Shown here piece by piece: positions 45,950 through 56,519 of a stretch of 64,000 nucleotides of DNA (the first letter of the stretch is position 1; each line of letters opens with the position of its first letter). Position numbers and translations under genes: made by a program. The stretch covers positions 786,123 through 850,122 of the forward strand of contig JADJWF010000011.1 of assembly GCA_016716505.1 (NCBI GenBank), in the 5' to 3' direction. The DNA is from Verrucomicrobiota bacterium (GTDB taxonomy: Bacteria > Verrucomicrobiota > Verrucomicrobiia > Limisphaerales > J093). The notes under the pieces are model-generated. The model was not told where the DNA came from and did no database searches. It saw only the letters and a list, made by a program, of their open reading frames with translations.

Positions 45950-47617
45950 ATGATTGAGCAAACCGCCAAGCGCACGCACAACGAGGAAATCAAAGAGGCG
46001 ATCCCGACTTTGGCGGGAACAATCGCCGCCACGCTCCAAGACCCTGCGGCGGACCGGTTCTCCGAGGATGATCAGCAGTTCATCAAGTTTCACGGCATCT
46101 ACCAGCAGGACGACCGGGATCTCCGCAAGACCGGCAAGAAATACATTCTGATGGTGCGGGGGCGCATCCCGGGCGGCGTCATGACCCCGGCGCAATGGAT
46201 CACGTTCGACGATCTGGCGGCCAGGTACGGCAACAACACGCTCCGCGTCACCACCCGACAGAGTATTCAGTTCCACGGCGTGGTGATGGCGGGATTGGGG
46301 CCGCTGGTCAAAACCGTCAACGAATCCCTGCTCTCGACCTTGGCGGCGTGCGGTGACGTGAATCGCAACGTGCTCGCGCCGCCGACGCCGGCGTACACGC
46401 GCGCCCGGGAGGAGGTGTTCGCCGACTGTGTGCGGGTCGCGGATGCGCTCAGGCCCCAGACCCGGGCGTACCACGCCATCTGGCTCGATGGCGTGCAGCT
46501 CGATCTCGACGACCCGGCGAACAAGAACTTCACCGACCCGCTGTACGGAAAGACCTACCTGCCCCGGAAGTTCAAGACCGCGTTTGTCATCCCGCCGATC
46601 AACGACCTTGACGTGCTGACCAACGACCTCGGATTCATCGCGATCGTCGAGAATGAGCGGCTGGTGGGCTACAACGCGGCGGTCGGCGGCGGTTTGGGGC
46701 GCAGCCACGGCAATGAGGCCACCTACCCGCGGCTGGCGGACGTCATTGGCTTCCTGCCTCCGGAACGACTCGTGGACGTGGCGAAGGCCGTGGTGACCGT
46801 GCATCGCGATTTCGGCGACCGCACCGACCGTAAGCACGCCCGGCTCAAGTACGTCGTACAGGAGCGCGGCGTCGAGTGGACGCGGGCGGAGATTGAACGG
46901 CGCGCCGGACTGACCCTCGAGCCCCCGCGGCCGTATCACTTCACCACCACCCACGATCTCCTGGGCTGGCATCGCGCGGTGGATGGGTCGGCCTTTTTCG
47001 GTTTGCACGTGGAGAACGGCCGAATTCGCGACGCAACGGGCAAGGCCATGAAGACGGCGTTGCGCCGCATTGCCGAACGATTCCCTCACATCGAATTCCG
47101 GCTCACGGGCAACCAGAACGTCATCCTCGCCCGCGTGGCGCCGGCGGACCAGGGAGCGATTGACGCCCTGCTGAACGAGCATGGTGTTCCCACGGGCCGG
47201 CAGGCCTCTGTCCTCCACGCCGCCGCGATGGCCTGCGTGGCGTTGCCCACGTGCGGGCTGGCACTGGCCGAATCGGAACGTTTCCTCCCGGGTCTCCTGG
47301 ACCGGATCGAGAAACTACTGGCCGATGTCGGGTTGCCCGACGAGGAGATCATCATCCGCATGACCGGTTGTCCGAACGGCTGCGCGCGTCCCTATACCGC
47401 GGAACTGGCGTTTGTGGGCAAGGCCCCCGGTCGCTACCAGGTCTGGCTGGGCGGCAATGCCACCGGCACGCGGCTCAACCGCGTCTGGAAAGACATGGTC
47501 AAGGAAGCGGAAATCGAAGCGGAACTGCGCCCGCTTTTCGAACGATTCCGCGGAGAGCGTCAGCCCGGCGAGCGGTTTGGCGACTGGGTGGCCCGCGCGG
47601 TATGGACTGCCACCTGA
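45950..47617 (+). CDS. cysI: Assimilatory sulfite reductase hemoprotein (sirohaem/[4Fe-4S])
   Basis: ATG 45950 (MIEQTAKRTHNEEIKE; the track start 45935 is a TTG). FIKFHGIYQQDDRD, RVTTRQSIQFHGV, CVALPTCGLALAESER, MTGCPNGCARPY. Confidence 0.9.
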   Translation: MIEQTAKRTHNEEIKEAIPTLAGTIAATLQDPAADRFSEDDQQFIKFHGIYQQDDRDLRKTGKKYILMVRGRIPGGVMTPAQWITFDDLAARYGNNTLRVTTRQSIQFHGVVMAGLGPLVKTVNESLLSTLAACGDVNRNVLAPPTPAYTRAREEVFADCVRVADALRPQTRAYHAIWLDGVQLDLDDPANKNFTDPLYGKTYLPRKFKTAFVIPPINDLDVLTNDLGFIAIVENERLVGYNAAVGGGLGRSHGNEATYPRLADVIGFLPPERLVDVAKAVVTVHRDFGDRTDRKHARLKYVVQERGVEWTRAEIERRAGLTLEPPRPYHFTTTHDLLGWHRAVDGSAFFGLHVENGRIRDATGKAMKTALRRIAERFPHIEFRLTGNQNVILARVAPADQGAIDALLNEHGVPTGRQASVLHAAAMACVALPTCGLALAESERFLPGLLDRIEKLLADVGLPDEEIIIRMTGCPNGCARPYTAELAFVGKAPGRYQVWLGGNATGTRLNRVWKDMVKEAEIEAELRPLFERFRGERQPGERFGDWVARAVWTAT

Positions 47618-47689
47618 GCCCCTCAACCGCGCCACAACTCCCGAGAACTACCCACAGCGCCGATGGACCGGGGGCAAACACACTCCGCC

Positions 47690-48358
47690 ATGACTGCTGA
47701 AGAAATCGCCCGGGCCAACGCCGCGCTTCGCTCGCAGCCGCCCCTGGAAATCATCCGGTGGGCGATTGCGCAGGCCGAGGGTCGCGCGATCGTCTCCACG
47801 AACTTTCGCCCCTACGAGGCGGTCCTGCTGCACCTGGTTACCCAGGTCCAGCCGGACATTCCCGTGCTGTGGGTGGACCACGGCTACAATCGCCCGGCCA
47901 CCTACCGGCACGCCGAGGAGCTGAAGCGGCGACTCAACCTGAATCTTCGCCCGTATTTGCCCCGCCTGACCGCCGCGCACTACGACGCCGTCCACGGCGG
48001 CGTGCCCGAGGCCACGCCCGAAAACGAGGAGCGGCTCAAAGCCTTCAGTGCGGTGATGAAACTCGAACCCTTCCAGCGCGGAATGCGGGAGCTGGCTCCG
48101 CGCGTCTGGTTCACCGCGCTGCGCCGGGTGCAGAACCCTCATCGGGCCGGTCTCGACATCCTTTCCCTCGACAGCAACTTCGGCACCCTCAAGGTGTCAC
48201 CCGTGTTCTACTGGACCGACGCGGAAATGGAGGCCTACCTGGCCCGGCACCAACTCCCCAACGAATGGGATTACTACGATCCCGCGAAGGCCGACGAGAA
48301 ACGGGAGTGCGGCCTGCACGCGACTTGGGGCGGCCGCGCGGCGGCGGCCGTGCAGTGA
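47690..48358 (+). CDS. cysH: Phosphoadenosine phosphosulfate (PAPS/APS) reductase
   Basis: MTAEEIARANAAL...IVSTNFRPYEAVLLHLV...PVLWVDHGYNRPATY...KRECGLH (C-terminal ECGLH motif). Alternative start at ATG 47663. Confidence 0.9.
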   Translation: MTAEEIARANAALRSQPPLEIIRWAIAQAEGRAIVSTNFRPYEAVLLHLVTQVQPDIPVLWVDHGYNRPATYRHAEELKRRLNLNLRPYLPRLTAAHYDAVHGGVPEATPENEERLKAFSAVMKLEPFQRGMRELAPRVWFTALRRVQNPHRAGLDILSLDSNFGTLKVSPVFYWTDAEMEAYLARHQLPNEWDYYDPAKADEKRECGLHATWGGRAAAAVQ

Positions 48359-48522
48359 TGGACCCCACGTCTTGCCCTGCCAGAGATTCGATGCCGTCGG
48401 TCCCCTCATCCCCGCCTCACCTCGTCACTGCGCCGCGCGCGGGGTGTCGCGCCCGCGCGGCCGGGAGGTCGGCGCACCCGTGAGCTTCGCCCGGCATCCT
48501 TACTGTCGAACCTTTTCCTCCG

Positions 48523-49425
48523 ATGCCCTCCTACCATCTTGACCATCTCGCGTATCTCGAAACCGAGGCCGTCCACGTGATGCGCGAGGTTGCGGCCGAG
48601 TTCGAACGACCGGCCCTGCTGTTCTCGGGCGGGAAAGACTCGATTTGCCTGCTGCGCCTGGCGGAAAAGGCGTTTCGCCCGTCTGATCTCCCCATGCCCT
48701 TGCTCAACGTGGACACGGGTCACCACTTTCCCGAGCTGAACGAATTCCGCGACCGCCGGGCCTCTGAACTGGGCGCGAAACTGATCGTTCGCAAGGTGGA
48801 AGATGCCATCGCCGCCGGCGTTGCCGTTCCCACGCCGGGGGAAATCAGCCGCAATCGGCTTCAGATCCCCACGTTGCTCGCCGCCATCGAGGAGTTCCGG
48901 TTTGATTGCGCCATCGGGGGCGCCCGCCGCGACGAGGAGAAGGCCCGCGCCAAGGAGCGCTTCTTCAGTTTCCGGGACGCCTTTGGCCAGTGGGATCCGA
49001 AAAACCAGCGCCCTGAGCTTTGGAACCTCTACAACGCCCGGGTCAATCCGGGCGAGCACATGCGCGTGTTCCCGCTCTCGAACTGGACCGAGATGGACGT
49101 GTGGGAGTACATCCGCCGCGAACGGTTGGAAGTGCCGCGCATCTACTTCAGCCATCGGCGCCTCGCGGTCCGCCGCGGCGGCCAATGGTTGCCGGTCACC
49201 GACCTGTTGCCGCCCAAACCCAACGAAACGGTCCGGGAACTCGTCGTCCGGGTGCGGACCATCGGCGACATCATCAGCACCGGTTTGGTGGAAAGCCCCG
49301 CCAACACCGTGGACGACATCATCGCGGAAATCGCCGCGGCCCGCGTGACCGAACGCGGCTCGCGCGCGGACGACAAGACCAGCGAAGCCGCCATGGAAGA
49401 TCGCAAGAAAGCAGGGTATTTCTGA
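48523..49425 (+). CDS. cysD: Sulfate adenylyltransferase subunit 2
   Basis: 300 aa. LDHLAYLETEAVHVMREVAAEFERPALLFSGGKDSICLLRLA...NVDTGHHFPE... Confidence 0.95.
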   Translation: MPSYHLDHLAYLETEAVHVMREVAAEFERPALLFSGGKDSICLLRLAEKAFRPSDLPMPLLNVDTGHHFPELNEFRDRRASELGAKLIVRKVEDAIAAGVAVPTPGEISRNRLQIPTLLAAIEEFRFDCAIGGARRDEEKARAKERFFSFRDAFGQWDPKNQRPELWNLYNARVNPGEHMRVFPLSNWTEMDVWEYIRRERLEVPRIYFSHRRLAVRRGGQWLPVTDLLPPKPNETVRELVVRVRTIGDIISTGLVESPANTVDDIIAEIAAARVTERGSRADDKTSEAAMEDRKKAGYF

Positions 49426-49522
49426 TGTGTCGGGCGCGGCATCACTTTCATTTCCGGGGCGACCTTCAGGCCTCACGCACGGCCGCGCCCCGCATGGACT
49501 GACCCAAGACTGTTTCCCCCTC

Positions 49523-50842
49523 ATGCTCCCCGGCTCCCATCCGATTGACATCCTCCGCTTCAACACCTGCGGCTCGGTGGACGACGGCAAGTCCACCCTG
49601 ATCGGCCGCCTGTTGTACGACTCGAAGAACCTGATGGAGGATCAGATCGAGGCGCTCGAACGCTCCGCCGACATCACCGGCGGCGGCCAGATCAACCTCG
49701 CCAACCTGACCGACGGCCTCCGTGCCGAGCGCGAGCAGGGCATCACCATTGACGTGGCCTATCGCTACTTCGCCACGCCGCGTCGCCGCTTCATTGTGGC
49801 CGACACCCCCGGCCACGTGCAGTACACCCGCAACATGGTCACCGGCGCCTCCTCGGCCAACCTCTCTGTCGTGTTGGTGGATGCCCGGCAGGGCGTCATT
49901 GAACAGTCGCGCCGGCACACGTACATCGCGGCCCTCCTCGGCATTCCTCACGTGGTGATCGCCGTCAACAAGATGGACCTCGTGGACTGGAGCGAGGCGC
50001 GCTTCCGGGAAATCCGCGAGCAGTTCGAGGCCTTCCTGCCCCGCCTGAATGTGTTGCGCGACGTCAAGTTCATCCCCATCAGCGCCCTGAACGGCGACAA
50101 CGTCGTGGACCCCTCGCCGCGAACGCCCTGGTACGAGGGGCCGCCGCTGCTGCGGCACCTTGAGAACGTCCACATTGCCAGCGACTGGAACCTCGAAGGC
50201 CTCCGCTTCCCCGTGCAATGGGTCAACCGCCCGCACGCGCCGCGCGACCCCGCCCTCCACGACTTTCGCGGGCTCAGCGGCCAGCTCGCCGGTGGCATCG
50301 TTCGCGCTGGCGACAAGGTCCTCGTGTTGCCCGGCGGTCTTCGTTCCACCGTCCGGCAGATTCACACCTTCGACGGCCCCTTGGCGGAAGCTTTCTCCCC
50401 GCAGTCGGTCACCTTGCTGCTCGCGGACGATCTCGACGTCAGCCGGGGCGACATGATCGTCGGCGCCGACCATTTGCCCGGCGTCGGCAGCGATCTGCGC
50501 GCCAAGCTGTGCTGGATGCACCAGAAGCCGCTGGTACGGGGACGGAAATTCTGGCTGAAGCACACCACCCAAACCGTCCAGGCCGTCGTCACCACGCTCG
50601 AGTCGCGGATCAACATCGCCACCTACGACGAGGAACCCGACCCGCCGCAGTTGCTGCTCAACGATATCGGGGCGGTTCGCCTGCAGACCAGCAAGCCGCT
50701 GGTGTACGACGGGTATGCCCAAAACCGGCTCACGGGCGCGTTCATCCTCATCGAGCCCGGCACCAATCTCACGGTCGCCGCCGGCATGCTCCAGCCGCCC
50801 GCGGAACTCTACAAACCGGAGTACACCGACTTTGCGATTTGA
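49523..50842 (+). CDS. cysN: Sulfate adenylyltransferase subunit 1 (GTPase)
   Basis: Start ATG 49523 (MLPGSHPIDILRFNTCGSVDDGKSTLIGRLLYDSK). DTPGH, NKMD. No APS-kinase domain is fused. Confidence 0.9.
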   Translation: MLPGSHPIDILRFNTCGSVDDGKSTLIGRLLYDSKNLMEDQIEALERSADITGGGQINLANLTDGLRAEREQGITIDVAYRYFATPRRRFIVADTPGHVQYTRNMVTGASSANLSVVLVDARQGVIEQSRRHTYIAALLGIPHVVIAVNKMDLVDWSEARFREIREQFEAFLPRLNVLRDVKFIPISALNGDNVVDPSPRTPWYEGPPLLRHLENVHIASDWNLEGLRFPVQWVNRPHAPRDPALHDFRGLSGQLAGGIVRAGDKVLVLPGGLRSTVRQIHTFDGPLAEAFSPQSVTLLLADDLDVSRGDMIVGADHLPGVGSDLRAKLCWMHQKPLVRGRKFWLKHTTQTVQAVVTTLESRINIATYDEEPDPPQLLLNDIGAVRLQTSKPLVYDGYAQNRLTGAFILIEPGTNLTVAAGMLQPPAELYKPEYTDFAI

Positions 50843-50848
50843 GCGCCG

Positions 50849-51859
50849 CTACGGCTTTCCCCACGGCAACCGCTCGATCGTCAACTGCGACGGACGGCGG
50901 CCCTCCGGGTCAACCTCCAGCCAGCCGAACCCGCCGTCCTTGAGCAACTGACAGCCGGTGAGACTCGGCACGAGCCGCACACGAAACGGCTTCCACAATC
51001 GCGCCCGGCTGAGCGCCTCGCTCATGCGACGGATGGAGGTGCCCAGGAATCGAATCGGCGGAATTCCCGCCAGGATACGGCTGGCCCGGTAAATCACCGG
51101 CGTGTGGAGATGACCGATGATTGTCATCTCGAGCTGCGCCCGCCGCGACTGCAGTGCCGGCTCCTCCCACAAGAACGGCAACGCTGTCGGGTCATGGACA
51201 AACAGGATCAGCCGGTCCTCCGGTGCCAGGCCTTCGAGGAATTGCCGGAACGCCGCCAAGTGCTCCGCGCGCCAGCGCTCCCAGGCGGGCAGTTCCTCCG
51301 CCAGCGTCTCCGGCGCGAACACCGGCAGGGCCACCAGTGACGACACAACCCCCGCCAACACCACCCGCCCAAACCGACGCTGCCACAGGGGCGGCATTCC
51401 CAACTCGTGAACGCAGCGCGACCAGCTCAGCCGCCGCAAGCCGCCGACGCCCCCAAACAGGCTCATCTTGCCAAGCTCGTGATCGCCGTACGTGAGATCG
51501 AGCCGCGTTCCGAAGACCGCGCGCAGGCGATCCAACACCTGCTGCGCGCTGGCGTACGCCGCGTTATCGCTGACCCCCACGAACGCGGTGTCGCACGAGT
51601 AATCCCCGTTGGCCACGCAATGGTCCGCGTCGCGCGCCCGGAGCAGAAAATCGTCCAGCCGATGGTTGTGGGCGAGCGGATCGGCGAGCCAGAAAAACCG
51701 CCGGTAGGCGCGTACCAAAAGACGGAGCGGCCGGTTGCGAATTGCCCGGCTTTCATGGCCGCGACGCCGTTGCTCCGCCGGGCTGGCGTGGTGGATGTCA
51801 CTGACGACGGCGATGCGCACGATCGCGCCATCAAAGGGGCCGCGGTGGGCTGCCGTCAA
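50849..51859 (-). CDS. Metallophosphoesterase (calcineurin-like)
   Basis: VRIAVVSDIHH, GDYSCD, YGDHE, GHLH. The true start may be GTG 51820 (VRIAVVSD). Confidence 0.75.
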   Translation of the reverse strand: MTAAHRGPFDGAIVRIAVVSDIHHASPAEQRRRGHESRAIRNRPLRLLVRAYRRFFWLADPLAHNHRLDDFLLRARDADHCVANGDYSCDTAFVGVSDNAAYASAQQVLDRLRAVFGTRLDLTYGDHELGKMSLFGGVGGLRRLSWSRCVHELGMPPLWQRRFGRVVLAGVVSSLVALPVFAPETLAEELPAWERWRAEHLAAFRQFLEGLAPEDRLILFVHDPTALPFLWEEPALQSRRAQLEMTIIGHLHTPVIYRASRILAGIPPIRFLGTSIRRMSEALSRARLWKPFRVRLVPSLTGCQLLKDGGFGWLEVDPEGRRPSQLTIERLPWGKP

Positions 51860-51929
51860 GCGAGTGCCTTTGGGTCAGGGGTGGCGACGGTCAGGTGGAG
51901 GCTGGCCCCCTCCCGTTCAGAAGTCGGGT

Positions 51930-54900
51930 TCACCAGTCGGCTCGCAGCGTGACCAGGCCTCGGGACGGCACCTTCACCGTTCCCCTCACCAGCGGTCCGC
52001 GACGCTCGCTGGTGTCGCTGAGGTGGATGGCCCTCGGCGTGCGCCCACTCCAGCGCAGCCGGGCGGATTCCTCGCGCTCCGCCGCACCGAACAGGCGGAT
52101 GATCCACCCTTCACCGTCATCGGCGGGCTTGAGCCCCGTCACCAGCGCGGACGCGGGGGTGACGCGAAAGAGCGGTTCGCCCGAAGGCGCGGGGCCCGCC
52201 GCCGGCACCGGCAACAGCGGCTGCGTGAAGCCGGTGGCGAAGCGCGACGCCTCGGCCGCATCGTGCTTGCGGAAGGGGCGGAGAACGAAACGGAACACGG
52301 TCAGCCCTTCCTGATACGCGCGATAGTTGGTGCCCCAGTGGTTGTTCATGGCCCACGAATACAGGCGTTGCGTGCGCGGCACGGTTTGCCGCCACACGTC
52401 CGGGTTCGCCTGCGAGTTGAGCAGCGTGGCGGTGAGTTCGCCCACCTGCACCAGCGGCGCGTCCAGCGTCACCCACGTGATGCCGCGCTGGCGGTTCCAC
52501 ACGTTGGCCCAGCGCCCGATCGTGAACCAGTTTTTGCACGCGCTCGGGAGTTGATCCGCCTCGGGCCGCATCCAGCCGAGCGGAAGGTCCAGCACCAGGT
52601 CTCCCTCCGGCACGAGGAAGGGAAACGCAAAGTTCAGACTCTCCTTGCCCTCGCGGGCCAGATAGCTCGGCGCGGCGAGGCGCGCCTTGTCCACTTGATT
52701 GATCAACTCGACGTGATCGAAGCCCGCAACCACGCGAACCTCGCGGCGCAACGACCGGCAACCCGGCGCGTCAGACTCGATGATCAGGGATGCCACCAGC
52801 GGCCCCGGCTCGCCCACGGAGATCCGCACCGGGCCGTTGCGCTGCACGTCCTTCACATCGTCCCCGATCAGGTAGCGGTAGTCGTTGAGCGTCTCGCCGC
52901 CGCTGGTGTCGGCGAAATTCCCCGGCAGGCCGCGCGCCGTGAGTTCCGCGAGGCCGCCCGTGACCTCGTCCACCCGCACCCGCACGCGGCCGTTGTCGAG
53001 CACCGCCCCGCGGGCGGTCGCGCTCCCCTGCCGGGGCGCCGCGCCGGCAGAGACGACATAACGCCGCGCCGCCAGGGGCGGAACCTTGGTCGCGAGGAAG
53101 ACCAGTTCCCCCGAGCGCAGCCGTTGCGACGGGACCACCCGGCCTTGCGCATCGGTCACGCGATCTCCGGCCGCCGACAACTCCGCCGGCACCGTGACCA
53201 GCTCGGTGCGTTCCCAGGACGTGGTGTTGAACACATCCAACCCGCCCGCCGGCGTGGCCTCTCCTGTGCCCGCCGCCGCCACGGCCGCTCGGGCCAGCAA
53301 CTCGCGCGACTGCCGGTCCGCCGCCTCGGCGTAGCCGCGCTTGATGTCCCACTGCTCGATGGTCTCCTTGCGCCCGGGTTCGCTCACACTGCACCACGCG
53401 CCCCACGTGTGCTCGGAGTAGAGCAGCACGCGGGTCCACGCGTCCTCGAAAGCCGCCACCGGATACACCCGCGGCGCGCGCAACGCGAACAGCGCCTCCG
53501 CCTGCGTCATTCGCTCGGAGCTTTGCCGGTTCATCGCCGTCTCGCGGGCCGAAGATCCCGCGCCGTCCTCCCAGTAGGGGGTCCAGTCTCCAGTGGCGCG
53601 CGGAAGCTGATCCCCGTAGCGGGCTTCGAGCGCGCGAAACGCCTCGCTCGCGCCGCTGATGATGAACCGCGGCCAGGCGTACCGGGCGTTCCAGTCGCGC
53701 ACAAAGTCGCAGATTGCCGGGTCGGGCACCGCGTTGTCGCCGTGGCCGGCCCAGCGCACGTGCGCGATGTCGTACGGGTAGCCGCGCTGCTCGAGGCCGT
53801 CGTAAAACTCGTCCACCAACTGCGGCGACAGCTTCCCGTACCGGTGGGACATCGCGTAGCCCCAGAAGGGAATCCACGTCAGCACCTTGGTTCGTCCGTC
53901 CGGGCCGATCCACCAGAACGGCCTGTTCTCCCACTCGCGCAGGATGGTGCCGATCCGGTCGAAGTAGTTCGGCGCGGTGGAAAAGTACCGTATGCCCGCG
54001 TGGGCCATCGCCGTCACCGTGCCCCAGGTGTAACCCGGCACGTCGGAAATCATCGCCGCGTCAATCGGCTGGCCGGTCTGCTCGCTCAGCTTCGTCGCAA
54101 ACCGGAACAGACGGACCAGTTCCTCCGGCCGGCACAACCCGGTCAACTCGTTCAGGTACATCCCGCACAGCGCCACCTGCCCGCGCTTCACCGCGTCGAA
54201 GAACCGCGCCCGCTGCGCGTCGTCGAGCCGGCGCAGGTACAGGTCCGCCGCCCAGAGAACTTCCACGTTCCAGACGAAGCGCGCCCCCTCCGGGTAATCC
54301 TTCGTCCGGTCCGCGTGGGCGATACCGTCCACGAGGTTCTGCACCTGGCGGTCCTCGATGGCGGTCTGAATTTCCGTGTAGCCGATGTCCGTGTGCGAAT
54401 GCGGCAGGACGTACACGGTCAGTTGGCGGACGGGCTTCCGCACGAGGTCGGCCGTCGCCACCACCTGCCCCAGCGCCTCCACGGTGATGCGGGTGGGCGT
54501 GTCGGACACCGCCTCGGGCAACGACACCTCGACGGTCTGCGTCCCCGGTTTCAACGCGAACGACAGCGGTGCCGCGCCGGTCACGGTCAGCGTTGCCGGC
54601 ACCGGCTGGGCGTACGGGTGATGCAGCGTGACGCGCACCGGCTGGCGCAGCCCGGCCGGCGTCTTCTCGGCCAGTGGTTTCGCCCGCGCCTCGATCGTAA
54701 GGCCGCGCGGAAGCGACTCCGTCTCGCCGGCCCGGAAGAACTCGATCTCCGCGCCCCCCACGGTGCTATAGTTCTGCGGCCCCAGTCCGGTGACCTGCCA
54801 GCGGACCCGCCGGGCGGTCACGGGCTGCGGCCAGGCGACGAAGGTGACGCCCCCGCGCTCGTTCGCGTGGGTGACCGACTGTTCGCCCACAAGCCGGCCG

Positions 54901-55256
54901 GCGTCGTCGAAGAAGCTCAGCCGCGAGGCGGAGATTGTGGCCGGATCGTTCCGGTCCACGTGGCGAAACGCCGCCAGCGGCACCGGCGCGCCGAAGTCGA
55001 ACTCGACGAACGTTTCCGTGCCCTTGCTGCTCGACGAGTACTCGGAACGCACGTTGCCATCGGTCAGGTGCGCCACGCGGTGATTGCCGCCGGGAAAATC
55101 CGGTGCGCTGGCCGTGATCCGCGGCGCGGGCACGGGCAGCAGCCGGACAAAGTCCCCGGCGCCCGCCGGGAGCAACGTGAACAGGGCGGCCGTCACCAGC
55201 GCGAGCGAGATAGGTCTCCGAAGGTCAGCAGCGAATCGCATGGAAGGGGCGTTCAT
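51930..55256 (-). CDS. Glycoside hydrolase family 38 (alpha-mannosidase-like) with an N-terminal discoidin/F5-8-C-like domain
   Basis: Start ATG 55256 (MNAPSMRFAADLRRPISLALVTAALFTLLPAGA). VYVLPHSHTDIGYT (the GH38 HxHxD signature). About 1108 aa. The upstream 416 codons of track ORF 51930..56504 are Arg/Pro-rich junk. Confidence 0.85.
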   Translation of the reverse strand: MNAPSMRFAADLRRPISLALVTAALFTLLPAGAGDFVRLLPVPAPRITASAPDFPGGNHRVAHLTDGNVRSEYSSSSKGTETFVEFDFGAPVPLAAFRHVDRNDPATISASRLSFFDDAGRLVGEQSVTHANERGGVTFVAWPQPVTARRVRWQVTGLGPQNYSTVGGAEIEFFRAGETESLPRGLTIEARAKPLAEKTPAGLRQPVRVTLHHPYAQPVPATLTVTGAAPLSFALKPGTQTVEVSLPEAVSDTPTRITVEALGQVVATADLVRKPVRQLTVYVLPHSHTDIGYTEIQTAIEDRQVQNLVDGIAHADRTKDYPEGARFVWNVEVLWAADLYLRRLDDAQRARFFDAVKRGQVALCGMYLNELTGLCRPEELVRLFRFATKLSEQTGQPIDAAMISDVPGYTWGTVTAMAHAGIRYFSTAPNYFDRIGTILREWENRPFWWIGPDGRTKVLTWIPFWGYAMSHRYGKLSPQLVDEFYDGLEQRGYPYDIAHVRWAGHGDNAVPDPAICDFVRDWNARYAWPRFIISGASEAFRALEARYGDQLPRATGDWTPYWEDGAGSSARETAMNRQSSERMTQAEALFALRAPRVYPVAAFEDAWTRVLLYSEHTWGAWCSVSEPGRKETIEQWDIKRGYAEAADRQSRELLARAAVAAAGTGEATPAGGLDVFNTTSWERTELVTVPAELSAAGDRVTDAQGRVVPSQRLRSGELVFLATKVPPLAARRYVVSAGAAPRQGSATARGAVLDNGRVRVRVDEVTGGLAELTARGLPGNFADTSGGETLNDYRYLIGDDVKDVQRNGPVRISVGEPGPLVASLIIESDAPGCRSLRREVRVVAGFDHVELINQVDKARLAAPSYLAREGKESLNFAFPFLVPEGDLVLDLPLGWMRPEADQLPSACKNWFTIGRWANVWNRQRGITWVTLDAPLVQVGELTATLLNSQANPDVWRQTVPRTQRLYSWAMNNHWGTNYRAYQEGLTVFRFVLRPFRKHDAAEASRFATGFTQPLLPVPAAGPAPSGEPLFRVTPASALVTGLKPADDGEGWIIRLFGAAEREESARLRWSGRTPRAIHLSDTSERRGPLVRGTVKVPSRGLVTLRADW

Positions 55257-55498
55257 GTGAAGTCGCCCGGATGCTGGACCTCCGGCCGCCCGGCGTAAAG
55301 CGGAACCCCGTTTGCGAACGAGTGTGGCGGACGGCGGGGGGGGGCGACTGGTCGGCGGGACGCCGACCAGAGCAGGCGAGACGCCCGCGCTCCCCCGGAC
55401 CGTCGCGGCCCTTGGTGCCGCCGGCGCTTCCGTGGGCCGGCGTACCGGAAGTTTTCCGCCACGCGCCATCAAGCGGCAGTGCCGGGTGGGGGCTTGGG

Positions 55499-56431
55499 TT
55501 ACGGGGTGGCGGAGGATAGCTTCGCCAGCACCGGCAGGACCGGGCCCAGCAAGGCCGCGTCGGGCGGCTTGCCCAGCGTTTCGCTGAGGCGCTGATACTC
55601 CTGCACCAGCCAGGCCATCACCGGCTGGTGCGCCGCGGGCAGGGCAAGGAAATACGGTGTCAGCAGCCCAATCCCCTCGGCGAAGCTGGCCCGCGCTTCG
55701 ACAGCGCGTTCGTTGCCCTCCAGCACGGATCCCAAGACTCCCAGCGAACTGGCCAAATCCGGGGTGAAGGCGTCGGGATTGGCCCGCGCCAGCGCCCGCC
55801 TCAACTCGACCGCCTCCTGCGCCGGCCCCAGCGCCTCCGCCCGCCGGCCCAACGCGCTCAACCAGATCGCCAAGACGGTGGCTAGCCGGGCACGTGGGGC
55901 TTTCAACTCCGGCTGACCGGCGTGGTCCGCAGCTTTGATCCGATCGTAAAGCTGCCGCGCGATGTCGGCCAGCACGGGCCGCAGCAGGACCGTTTGGCCG
56001 GGCGCGGGCATGCCGTCCACAAGCTTCTCCAGCCGGCGGGCAAGGACGGCAGCGGGCGGTAGCTCGTGCGCGAGCAAGGCGGCGGCGTGCGCGAGCACGT
56101 TCTGGACGGGGCGGGGGTCTTGCGGTGGTGGGGAAGTCTGGAACGCCTTCACGGCGGTGGCGAAGGCGGCCACCACCCAGTCGGCGAGCGCGAGGAGGAC
56201 GGGGGCCGTATCGGCCGGGGCGGTGGCAGTTCCGCCAGGTTTTGGAGTGCGCCAGTCCGCTGGCGCTTTTTCCCCGCCCGACGCGCCCGAAAGCGGCAGA
56301 GGGCTGCCGCAGTCCAAGACGCTGGCGCGCTCCACGGCGTAGCGGTAGGCCAGGGCGTGGCAAATGCGCCAGCGGTCGTCGTCGTCCGTGGGCGGGGTGA
56401 GGAAGCCGTGCTGGACAAGCTGGCGCAGGGC
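55499..56431 (-). pseudogene. TPR-repeat protein, probably the 3' remnant of a STAND (NB-ARC-type) NTPase gene; start undefined, body pierced by REP-B elements
   Basis: ALRQLVQHGFLTPPTDDDDRWRICHALAYRYAVE resembles the winged-helix end of NB-ARC modules. The C-terminal LATVLAIWLSALGRRAEALGPAQEAVELRRALARANPDAFTPDLASSLGVLGSVL is TPR-like. No P-loop region exists upstream, because HemN-like ends at 56589. Confidence 0.35.
56242..56335. repeat. REP-B element copy 1
   Basis: TTGGAGTGCGCCAG...CTGGCGCGCTCCAC terminal inverted repeat. Inner hairpins GCGCCAGtccgCTGGCGC and GCGGCAGagggCTGCCGC. Shares AAAGCGGCAG...GCCGCA(G/C)TCCAAGACGCTGGCGCG with copy 2. Confidence 0.7.
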
Positions 56432-56441
56432 GGCTGCTGGC

Positions 56442-56519
56442 TGCCGCTTTGGGGTGCCCCAGGAGGGAAAAGCGGCAGCTCGCCGACTCGCAGCCGCACT
56501 CCAAGACGCTGGCGCGACG
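56442..56519. repeat. REP-B element copy 2
   Basis: GCTGCCGCTTT-ggggtgccccaggaggga-AAAGCGGCAGC (11-bp stem), then GCCGCACTCCAAGACGCTGGCGCG. Confidence 0.7.

Noticed and set aside
55257-56504. The 416-codon N-terminal extension of the GH38 ORF (track 51930..56504).
   Set aside because: It is an Arg/Pro/Ala-rich shadow that crosses an intergenic region and the TPR ORF. A good signal-peptide start exists at ATG 55256.
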